Assembly (NCBI GenBank): GCA_963718105.1
Contig: OY970352.1
Location: 2,546,237-2,610,236 of the forward strand
Reading direction: 5' to 3'
Length of the DNA: 64,000 nt
Source of the DNA: an uncultured Acidobacteriota bacterium
Lineage (GTDB): Bacteria > Acidobacteriota > Blastocatellia > Pyrinomonadales > Pyrinomonadaceae
How positions within the stretch are numbered: the first letter of the stretch is position 1; every line of letters begins with the position of its first letter. The notes beneath the pieces were generated by a model. It did not search any database, was not told the DNA's origin, and worked only from the letters and a program-made list of their open reading frames with translations. Shown here piece after piece: positions 35,833 to 43,312 of the stretch. The position numbers and the translations under genes are program-made.

Positions 35833-37478
35833 TGAAGAAAATATTTTTTACCTTAATAGCTATCATTTTATTTTGCTGCCAATTCGGACAGGCACAGACG
35901 CCTGCTGCCGGACGTTTCCCCATCGGCGAACGCCTTACTTACAACATATCTTTTGCCAGCTACCCCAGCGCCGCATTTGCCGAGACCTACGTAGTTTCGA
36001 CCGGAAAATACGGTGACCGCGATGCCGTGTACGTTCAGGGCAGAGTAGTGACCACCGATTTTGTTAACGCGGCTTTTTTCTCCGTCGATGAAACCCGCCA
36101 ACTATTGGTAACGCCTGACACAGGCCTGCCGCTGCTTAGCAAGGTCATCAATGATGAAAACGGAATGCCGCGCGAAAAAGTAACCGATCATAAAGGCCCC
36201 GCTGCCGCGCACGATTGGTTGTCGGCGCTTTTCCAGCTTCGTTTTTCTACCGCGCCCAGCGGCGTGCTCAGTATTCAGGAAGACAACGGCAGCATCGTTC
36301 AGGCGTCGTATCAACTTGCCGGTAAAGCGCATGTTAAAACCACCGCCGGTGAATTCGATACGGTCGTTTTAGATGTTCAAATTACTTCCTTCCCGAAGCT
36401 GCAGATCTATCTTAGTGACGATGAACGCCGCATCCCGGTGGTCATTTCTTATAAACATCTAAAAGGAGTTTTGCGGGCCGAATTGGCGGGCATTCAGGAC
36501 CTTTCTCCGGAACCGGTCGCCGAAACCACGCCAAAGCCGCAAAACACTCCGCCGGTGGTGATGCCGACGCCGCGTCCCCGCGCCACGCCCATTCCTTACA
36601 AAAACAATCAACTTCTGGCGGAAGACCTGCCGTTCGATCTGGGCGAAACTTTGACTTATCGTTTAACGCGGCCGGGCACATCCACATCAATTGGAACGCT
36701 GGTAGTGCAAGCCGCAGAACGAAAACAATTTTTTGGCAAGGATGCCCTGCTGCTCAGCGCTTCGGTCCAGCAATTGACCGACGGCAATTCGTTTTTTGCC
36801 GCGGGTGATTCCATCAAATCATACGTCGAACCGGACACTCTCCTGCCGCAGCGTACGGAGATAAATTTTCACGGCGCTCTGAGCCTTTTTAACCAAGTGC
36901 TCCAGTTTGACCAGGCGACGGGTAAAGTAACCGATGGTAAGGGCGCGTTATATGACATCCCGGTGGGCACGCACGATATTTTGTCGTTGGCCTATGCTCT
37001 CCGGTCCTTCAATCTGAAGGAAGTAAAACCTAACAAAGGCCCGAGCGGCGATATCCGCGTCGCGCTATTTACCAGCGACGGCCCGGTGATCCTGACCATT
37101 CTCTCGCAGGCCGAAGAGACGGTCGATTTTCAGGGCAAAAAACTGACGGCGCAGGTGATCTTTGCCAGTATCGGGCAAAGCACCGTCAAATTATGGCTAA
37201 GTAAAGACCAGGATAAGCTTCCCTTGCGAATAAACATTACCAGTCCTACCTTTGCCTTTAACGCCGATCTGATCTCGGTCCTGCAAAACCCGCCTCCGGC
37301 CGGGGAAAGCAGTCCTTCAGCTAACGTGCCCGGAATTCCGGCCGATATGATGAAGAATATGACCGTTATTAATCCGACGATGGTCAATCCGACACTCAGC
37401 CCGTCGATGCTCGATACGACTACGGTCAACCCGACTCTGGTAAACCCCACGCCGACACCTGCCATCAAAAGACCATAA
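35829..37478 (+). CDS. Secreted hypothetical protein (possibly two DUF3108-like halves joined by a Pro-rich linker)
   Basis: Its ATG overlaps the pyrF stop (ATGA). Signal peptide MMKKIFFTLIAIILFCCQFGQAQ. Two similar halves start ERLTYNISF.. and ETLTYRLTR... Pro/Thr linker PEPVAETTPKPQNTPPVVMPTPRPRATP. Confidence 0.7.
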   Translation: MMKKIFFTLIAIILFCCQFGQAQTPAAGRFPIGERLTYNISFASYPSAAFAETYVVSTGKYGDRDAVYVQGRVVTTDFVNAAFFSVDETRQLLVTPDTGLPLLSKVINDENGMPREKVTDHKGPAAAHDWLSALFQLRFSTAPSGVLSIQEDNGSIVQASYQLAGKAHVKTTAGEFDTVVLDVQITSFPKLQIYLSDDERRIPVVISYKHLKGVLRAELAGIQDLSPEPVAETTPKPQNTPPVVMPTPRPRATPIPYKNNQLLAEDLPFDLGETLTYRLTRPGTSTSIGTLVVQAAERKQFFGKDALLLSASVQQLTDGNSFFAAGDSIKSYVEPDTLLPQRTEINFHGALSLFNQVLQFDQATGKVTDGKGALYDIPVGTHDILSLAYALRSFNLKEVKPNKGPSGDIRVALFTSDGPVILTILSQAEETVDFQGKKLTAQVIFASIGQSTVKLWLSKDQDKLPLRINITSPTFAFNADLISVLQNPPPAGESSPSANVPGIPADMMKNMTVINPTMVNPTLSPSMLDTTTVNPTLVNPTPTPAIKRP

Positions 37479-37592
37479 CCTGCCCTGAACATTGCTCTTC
37501 AGCGGCTAAAAGGTTAAATTATATATGCGCAGTTAGATTAAATTCGAACTGTATCAGGTATAGCTACGTAATTATTAAATAAGGTTTTAAGA

Positions 37593-38756
37593 ATGGATCA
37601 TACAACCCGCGAATTATTAAAACGCTACGCAAAACTGGCGATCGGACAGCCTTTTGCACCGATTCTGTTAAATATTCTGGTGACTTCGGTCTGCGATATG
37701 CGCTGTACACACTGCTTTTTTACCGACGAGCTGGACGACCGCCCGCGTAAAAAACTGCAGATGAAGACCCACGAGATCGATAAGATCGCGGAAACCCTCG
37801 GCGGCAACCTTGGTGTGCTGATACTGGCCGGCGGCGAACCGTTCACCCGCAAGGACCTGCCGGAAGTAGTAAATTCTTTCTATCGGCATAACAAACTGGA
37901 ATCGGTGTATCTGATGTCTAACGGGCAGATCCATCCGCGCATCTTCCCTGACGTAACGAGAATTCTGCAGGAAAACCCGAATCTCAATGTCACCGTCGCG
38001 CTGGGAATAGACGGCCTGAAAGACCAGCATGAAAAGATCCGCCAGAAAGAAGGTTCGTGGGACAAAGCTATTCATACAGCGCGCACGCTCAAGGAAATGA
38101 AGAAAGAATTTCCTAATCTGGACGTGCAAACCTGCACCTGCGTGATGAATTCCAACCAGGACACGATCTTTGATTGGTACGACTTTCTGAAATACGACCT
38201 CAAGCCGGACAAGATCAATATCAACTATATTCGTCCGCCGTCAAAAGACCCCAACGAACTCAATTTCGATCACGAGCGCTACGCTAAGCTTTCGCAGATG
38301 ATCCTTGACGACGTAAAGAATTCGGCGATCAAAAACAACTACGGCGGTTCGGCCGGTTTCTTTAAGGCGGCGATCGACATCTATATGCACGGCCTGATCA
38401 CCAAGACCAAGGAAGAACAGGCCCCGCAGATGAAGTGCTATGCCGGAACCGCCGGCGCCGTCATCTATGACGAAGGCACACTGTCGTCTTGCGAAAACAA
38501 AACGGAAGTTGCGAACCTGCGCGAGTTCGACTGGAACTTTAAGGCTGCCTGGAATTCACCGCAGATGAAACAGCGCCGCAAGGAAGTCGCCGACGGATGT
38601 TTCTGCACGCACGAATCGAACAGCTACTATCCGAGCCTGCCGTTTAACCCGGGCCATTTGATCCAGATCAAAAAACTGGAACGCCAAATGAAAAAGGCCG
38701 CCAAGCAGATCGACCAATCACAGCCGCAGGCGGATGGGCTGGCGGTCAAGGCCTGA
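37593..38756 (+). CDS. Radical SAM enzyme with C-terminal SPASM/twitch-like Cys cluster
   Basis: CX3CX2C motif in VTSVCDMRCTHCFF. GGEPF glycine-rich SAM motif. C-terminal CYAGTAGAVIYDEGTLSSC...GCFCTHE resembles the auxiliary Fe-S (SPASM/twitch) region. Confidence 0.8.
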   Translation: MDHTTRELLKRYAKLAIGQPFAPILLNILVTSVCDMRCTHCFFTDELDDRPRKKLQMKTHEIDKIAETLGGNLGVLILAGGEPFTRKDLPEVVNSFYRHNKLESVYLMSNGQIHPRIFPDVTRILQENPNLNVTVALGIDGLKDQHEKIRQKEGSWDKAIHTARTLKEMKKEFPNLDVQTCTCVMNSNQDTIFDWYDFLKYDLKPDKININYIRPPSKDPNELNFDHERYAKLSQMILDDVKNSAIKNNYGGSAGFFKAAIDIYMHGLITKTKEEQAPQMKCYAGTAGAVIYDEGTLSSCENKTEVANLREFDWNFKAAWNSPQMKQRRKEVADGCFCTHESNSYYPSLPFNPGHLIQIKKLERQMKKAAKQIDQSQPQADGLAVKA

Positions 38757-38761
38757 ACAAA

Positions 38762-39052
38762 ATGCTGACTTACAAAGCAATGTACAAATTTCTTGAAACA
38801 GGCGTCCATGGCGAGGTACTGGATTTTCCCGGTGTTATTACTTGCGGGAAAGACCTGGAAGAAACCCGTCAACTTTTATCTTCAGCCCTGGTCGATATGG
38901 CCGAGACAAATCTTGGTTTAGGAGAATCACTCCCAACTCCAGATTCTACTTTAAGCGATTCGGAAGCTGATCTGGAAGAACCTATTCATTTAGTTTTGAC
39001 TGCAACAACAAGAGTTAAGATCTCACCTGAAACTCACTATGAAGCGGCGTGA
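38762..39052 (+). CDS. hicB: HicB-family antitoxin
   Basis: 96 aa starting YKAMYKFLETGVHGEVLDFPGVITCGKDLEETRQLLSSALVDM, a UPF0150/HicB fold signature. Starts 6 nt after the radical SAM stop. Confidence 0.7.
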   Translation: MLTYKAMYKFLETGVHGEVLDFPGVITCGKDLEETRQLLSSALVDMAETNLGLGESLPTPDSTLSDSEADLEEPIHLVLTATTRVKISPETHYEAA

Positions 39053-39242
39053 TTTTTTACGTTATTTGGAAAGTAACGGATGTCATTTATTACGGGAAGG
39101 CGGCGGACATTCGATCTGGGAAAATCCGCGAACTAAAAATCGAACGGCAATTCCACGTCACAGGGAGATAGTTGATTACACGGCGGTAAAGATTTGCAAG
39201 CAGCTCGGCATCCAGAGTCCATTTGAAAAAAACAAAGACTAA
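39039..39242 (+). CDS. hicA: HicA-family mRNA interferase toxin
   Basis: 67 aa, MKRRDFLRYLESNGCHLLREGGGHSIWENPRTKNRTAIPRHREIVDYTAVKICKQLGI, matching the YcfA/HicA pattern. Overlaps hicB by 14 nt. Confidence 0.75.
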   Translation: MKRRDFLRYLESNGCHLLREGGGHSIWENPRTKNRTAIPRHREIVDYTAVKICKQLGIQSPFEKNKD

Positions 39243-40429
39243 TGAATCAAAATACCCCTAAAATTCTTGTCATCTCATCCGACACTGGCGGCGGGCATCG
39301 CTCTGCCGCGGCGGCGATCGTCGGCGGGCTGCAGAAATTTTGGGAAGGCCAGTCATTTGCGGTCCGCACGGTCAAAGCCATCGAAGATTCGCACCATATC
39401 GCCGCGCGGATGGTGAAAATGTATAACTGGACGCTGCGCAATAAACAGCACTGGATGAAATATCTTTACTGGGCGATCAACAAATTCCGCCCGGAAACGC
39501 GCGAGTTCTTTTACCGGCGCAGTTTTGGATTTGCCAAGCAATTATTTGAAAAATGGTGCCCGCACGTGGTGGTCAGCGTTCACCCGCTGACACAGCATTT
39601 TTTCGCCAAGGTCTTAAAAGAATTGAATCTGCAGGATCAGATCCCTCTCGTGACGGTGGTCACCGATCCGTATTACGGGTTTTGGAAAGGCTGGGCGTGT
39701 AACGACGTCGCGCTTTACCTGGTCGCCAGCGAAGAAGCCAAAATGCAGTTGATGGAATACGGCATTTCCCCGGAAAAGATAAAGATCTCGGGAATGCCGG
39801 TCGATCCCAAGTTTCACGAGGTTAACGAAAAAGATGCGCAGGCCGCCCGTCAAGCGCTTGAGCTCGATCCGGAAAAATTCACCATCTTCGTCAATGCCGG
39901 GTGGATCGGCGGCGGCAATATTCCGCAGATCTTTCGCGAGCTCGTCGCCGGCGAACTCGATGTCCAGGCGATCTTTCTCGCCGGAAAAAACGACGCGTTA
40001 AAGGCTGAAGCCGAAAAGATCGCACTGACCGCCAAATTTCCGGTCAAGGTCATCGGCTATTCCGACGAGGTGGAAAAACTGATGCAGTCCGCCAATGTGA
40101 TGATCTCAAAATTGGGCGGCCTGACCACCTTCGAAGCGCTGGCCTGCCAACTGCCGATCATCGCCGATGCCACTACGCCGCCAATGCCGCAGGAAGCCGG
40201 AACCGTCAAGTTGATCGCGCAGCGTGGCGCGGGCATATTGCTGGAAAAAGCATCGGATATAGTTCCCACCGTCCAAAATCTTCTCAACGATTCCCGTAAA
40301 TACGCGGAGATGAAAGCAGCCACCATCGGACTATCCATACCCAATTCCACCCAGCGAATTATTGAGGAAATTTCCGCCCTTCTTCCGGCAAACATACAGG
40401 CCACAGAACCCGTCTACGCCGAAAGTTAA
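39242..40429 (+). CDS. GT28-family glycosyltransferase, MGDG-synthase / UgtP-like (diacylglycerol glycosyltransferase)
   Basis: N-terminal KILVISSDTGGGHRSAAAAI is typical of MGDG synthase-like enzymes. A C-terminal GT-B half follows (ISKLGGLTTFEALACQLPII). Its ATG overlaps the hicA stop (TAATG). Confidence 0.8.
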   Translation: MNQNTPKILVISSDTGGGHRSAAAAIVGGLQKFWEGQSFAVRTVKAIEDSHHIAARMVKMYNWTLRNKQHWMKYLYWAINKFRPETREFFYRRSFGFAKQLFEKWCPHVVVSVHPLTQHFFAKVLKELNLQDQIPLVTVVTDPYYGFWKGWACNDVALYLVASEEAKMQLMEYGISPEKIKISGMPVDPKFHEVNEKDAQAARQALELDPEKFTIFVNAGWIGGGNIPQIFRELVAGELDVQAIFLAGKNDALKAEAEKIALTAKFPVKVIGYSDEVEKLMQSANVMISKLGGLTTFEALACQLPIIADATTPPMPQEAGTVKLIAQRGAGILLEKASDIVPTVQNLLNDSRKYAEMKAATIGLSIPNSTQRIIEEISALLPANIQATEPVYAES

Positions 40430-40679
40430 GTCTCTACAGCTTACTTAAAAAATTTTGACTATCATCGCCGCGATAAACTAACATTGGGGTTAGCATAAAA
40501 CTAATTACGGTTTTCCCATATGCACGAAATTTCCCGACAATTTTGTCATTAAGGTTTTGAACCCATTTGGCCTTTAGGGATTTTTTTGTCGTGAAGCTGT
40601 AAATAAACTATTAACCGTCCCGGCAAACCCTGCATATTTGCCGAACCAACATTCAGATCAAAATTAAAGGAGAGTTCTT

Positions 40680-40943
40680 ATGGTCAGAGATTTTATTAAA
40701 TCGTCTCGCCGATTGCTGATCCTGGCTGTGCTTTGCAGCGGCCTGGTATTTGTTTTAAGCGGAAATTTTAGCGCCGTTAAGGCCGGCCCACCCGCCTGCT
40801 GTTGGGAATGCGACGCCATGGTCGATCCCTGCGACAATTTCTGCGACCTTCTCCCGAACGCTCCCGGCTGCGCTCTTTGTCACGCAAACATAACTGCATG
40901 TTACGTCCACTGCGATCCGGACCCGAATTGCGTACCCGAATAA
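40680..40943 (+). CDS. Secreted Cys-rich mini-protein (10 Cys in ~51-aa predicted mature part)
   Basis: Strong RBS AAAGGAGAG. Signal peptide RRLLILAVLCSGLVFVLSGNFSAVKA. Predicted mature part GPPACCWECDAMVDPCDNFCDLLPNAPGCALCHANITACYVHCDPDPNCVPE. Confidence 0.65.
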   Translation: MVRDFIKSSRRLLILAVLCSGLVFVLSGNFSAVKAGPPACCWECDAMVDPCDNFCDLLPNAPGCALCHANITACYVHCDPDPNCVPE

Positions 40944-40968
40944 AATACAAAAAGGAGATAGCCTATTT

Positions 40969-41064
40969 GGAGTGCCGAATTTATTCGGCATTATGCAAAG
41001 GCATTTGAATTCTGAGAACAAATTCGAACATACTGTGTTCGTTGCCGAATGAATTCGGCGCTCC
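40969..41064. repeat. Nested palindromic repeat, family C copy 2
   Basis: GGAGTGCCGAATTTATTCGGC ... GCCGAATGAATTCGGCGCTCC with a 54-nt spacer that contains a GAACA...TGTTC hairpin. Confidence 0.8.
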
Positions 41065-41190
41065 TTGACCACAAATCCTGCTTTTACATTTGGACATTTA
41101 AGTAAATACCCTTGTATAACTTATACTTACGAATTGACAAAAAATACGGTCAGCAAGATAGATATTATTCATATAATTTAAGGACTAACT

Positions 41191-41940
41191 GTGACTCTTT
41201 TACTAGAAGGAAAACGTGCTTTTGTGTCGGGCGGTACCCGCGGCATCGGCGCCGCTATCTGTGAAGTTTTCGCCCGCGAAGGCGCAGACGTAGCTTTTAA
41301 TTATCACTCCAGCGACAACCTGGCAGAGGAAGTGAAAAAGAAGATCGAAGCCTTTGGCCGCCGCGCGCTCTCTTTCAAAGTTTCCGTAACCGACCGCTAT
41401 GGAATGAAACACATTGCCCGCGAAATAAAAGATGCCTGGGGCGCGATCAATGTGCTGGTCAACAACGCTGCCGTCAATAAAGGGGACAATTTCGCCACCA
41501 CCACCGATAGATCGTGGGATTGGGTGGTGGATACAAATGTGAACAGCCTGTTTGCCGTTACCAAGCCTTTTTACAAACAGATGATCCGCGAACGGGTCGG
41601 CAATATACTCAACATCACCTCCGTAGGAGCGATCCGCAGCCTGCCGACCTCGGTTCATTACGCCACCTCAAAGGCCGCCATGATCGGCTTTACCAAATGC
41701 CTCTCGCGCGAGGCCGCCAATTTCGGTATCACCGTAAACGCCATCGCCGCCGGTATCTTCGATACCGACCTCGGCAATACGCTTCCCGACCGCCTGCTGC
41801 AAATGCACGATTTCTGGGTAGCCAAAGGGCGTCCCGGAAAACCCTCCGAACTAGCTGAATACGCTGCCTTTATGTGCAGCGACCGCAACAGCTTTATGAG
41901 CGGCGAGGTCGTCATCGTAGACGGCGGCGCGGTAACTTAA
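41191..41940 (+). CDS. Short-chain dehydrogenase/reductase, FabG-like 3-oxoacyl-ACP reductase
   Basis: GTG start. Cofactor motif SGGTRGIG, NNAA, and catalytic YATSKAA. Confidence 0.85.
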   Translation: MTLLLEGKRAFVSGGTRGIGAAICEVFAREGADVAFNYHSSDNLAEEVKKKIEAFGRRALSFKVSVTDRYGMKHIAREIKDAWGAINVLVNNAAVNKGDNFATTTDRSWDWVVDTNVNSLFAVTKPFYKQMIRERVGNILNITSVGAIRSLPTSVHYATSKAAMIGFTKCLSREAANFGITVNAIAAGIFDTDLGNTLPDRLLQMHDFWVAKGRPGKPSELAEYAAFMCSDRNSFMSGEVVIVDGGAVT

Positions 41941-41954
41941 TTTTTCAAACAAAT

Positions 41955-42034
41955 AAACCACAGAGAACACAGAGTTCACAGAGAGATAGGTAGACAGATC
42001 TGTTTCTCTGTGAACTCTGTGTTCTCTGTGGTTT
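41955..42034. repeat. Perfect 30-bp inverted repeat downstream of the SDR gene
   Basis: AAACCACAGAGAACACAGAGTTCACAGAGA (41955-41984) pairs with TCTCTGTGAACTCTGTGTTCTCTGTGGTTT (42005-42034). Confidence 0.9.
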
Positions 42035-42041
42035 AATATTT

Positions 42042-42124
42042 ATTGAATTTGAAAATGAATTTCAATTCTAAGTCTTTAATTTACAATAGTTTAGCTTGAC
42101 ATGAATTTAATGCTGTCGTATATT
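42042..42124 (+). promoter_or_regulatory. Candidate promoter and AT-rich operator region of the ferritin-like gene
   Basis: TTGACA (42096-42101), 17-nt spacer, TATATT (42119-42124). TGAATTT occurs three times (about 42044, 42055, 42102), and ATTGAATTTGAAAATGAATTTCAAT has palindromic ends. Confidence 0.45.
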
Positions 42125-42170
42125 GTCATTGTAACCGAGAGTAGATAACTCAGGGAGGCGGTGGAAAATT

Positions 42171-42632
42171 ATGGCAAGAGGCGAACTAATAGATAATCTT
42201 AACAAAGCGTTGGCGCTGGAGATCTCCGGCGTGATCCAATACACGCAGCACAGTTTTTTGGTGACCGGTACCGAGCGTGAAGTTTTCTGCGATTTCTTTC
42301 GCGACCAGGCCGAGGAAGCCCAAAAGCATGTCAATATGCTGGGCGACAAGGTAGTCGCGCTGGGCGGCATTCCGACCGTGGAACCCGCGCTTATCCGCCA
42401 GTCTACCGATCTGAAAGAAATGCTGAAACAAGACCTCGAACTCGAACGCGCGGCGATGGATATATACAAGGCCGCCTGGGCCTCGTGCGGCGATGAAGAC
42501 CTGCCGACAAAGTTTATGCTGGAAGAACAGATCGCCGGCGAACAGACCCATATTGAAGAATTGGAAAAACTTACCAATGAACGGCAAAGCAAGGCCGGAC
42601 AGGAAAGAATAGTTTTGCGGCAAGTAAGCTAA
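42171..42632 (+). CDS. Ferritin-like diiron protein (bacterioferritin-family)
   Basis: 153 aa. LNKALALEISGVIQYTQHSF, EEAQKHVNMLGDKV and EEQIAGEQTHIEELEKL follow the Bfr-type E/ExxH ligand spacing, as I recall it from E. coli Bfr. Confidence 0.7.
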   Translation: MARGELIDNLNKALALEISGVIQYTQHSFLVTGTEREVFCDFFRDQAEEAQKHVNMLGDKVVALGGIPTVEPALIRQSTDLKEMLKQDLELERAAMDIYKAAWASCGDEDLPTKFMLEEQIAGEQTHIEELEKLTNERQSKAGQERIVLRQVS

Positions 42633-42651
42633 CAACTAACGAAATTGAAAC

Positions 42652-42687
42652 AAAAAAGAAGCAGGCTAAATTTCAGCCTGCTTTTTA
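42652..42687. terminator. Bidirectional rho-independent terminator
   Basis: AAAAAAGAAGCAGGCT-AAATTTC-AGCCTGCTTTTTATT lies between the convergent genes 42171-42632 (+) and 42710-42988 (-). Confidence 0.75.
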
Positions 42688-42709
42688 TTCGCCTATTTGA
42701 AGAAGAGAA

Positions 42710-42988
42710 TTAAGCGACGTTCGGAAATTCTATTACTTTGGAGTTGGTCACCGCGGCCCCCTGGTCGGCTTTCTTGCGGTTGACCCGGTAACGCATCGCC
42801 GCGATGGTGTGATGCAGGTCGTCCAGCATTTCGGGGGCTACTTCGATCGTTTTCTGGCAAGTCCAGCCGAGATCGTCACGCCAGGTTGAAAACTTAAGCA
42901 TCACGGTGCTGTCATCACGCAGGACCGCTTCTATTTTGCGCTCGTTGTCGGTTGAAACCGAAGGTTGAAGGATTGCTCTCTGCTGCAC
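42710..42988 (-). CDS. Small hypothetical protein (92 aa)
   Basis: GTG start with GGAG 9 nt upstream. No signal peptide and no recognised motif. Confidence 0.5.
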   Translation of the reverse strand: MQQRAILQPSVSTDNERKIEAVLRDDSTVMLKFSTWRDDLGWTCQKTIEVAPEMLDDLHHTIAAMRYRVNRKKADQGAAVTNSKVIEFPNVA

Positions 42989-43033
42989 TTAATTAACTCC
43001 AATAATTACGTATGAATAATATTATTAATAGAA

Positions 43034-43052
43034 ATTGAAATCCAATTTCAAT
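43034..43052. promoter_or_regulatory. Perfect 8-3-8 palindrome ATTGAAAT-CCA-ATTTCAAT (candidate operator) at the promoter of the 92-aa gene
   Basis: On the minus strand it lies just downstream of TTGACA-16-TAAAAT. It shares the AATTTCAAT core with the ferritin upstream region. Confidence 0.45.
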
Positions 43053-43223
43053 AATATTTTACCTTATTGCCATTTTGTGTCAAGACCAAGCAGCGGTTTT
43101 TTGGGTTTTCCCGACAAAATCCTGCAATATTTTATATTTCAGAACGTTCGAGATAGTGTGAGTGAACGGTTTAGTCTTACCTGAGAGCGCGGGCATCTTG
43201 CCTGCAAGATCGATTACGGGTCA

Positions 43224-43291
43224 GTAGCGTCTGCGTCAGCAGATGCGTCTTCCGGAACGCAAAAGAACGCACTTGCTAACGCAAGCGCTAC
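43224..43291. repeat. Degenerate family B-like multi-hairpin repeat (copy 4)
   Basis: GTAGCG...CGCTAC outer stem encloses TCTGC-GTCA-GCAGA and CTTGC-TAAC-GCAAG hairpins. Similarity to copies 1-3 is weaker. Confidence 0.45.
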
Positions 43292-43312
43292 CGACAAAAC
43301 CGCTTGTAGCTT

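Noticed and set aside
42171-42632. Ferritin-like protein as encapsulin cargo
   Set aside because: There is no adjacent HK97-fold shell candidate, and the C-terminus (..ERIVLRQVS) lacks the Gly/Ser/Leu-type targeting peptide I would expect.
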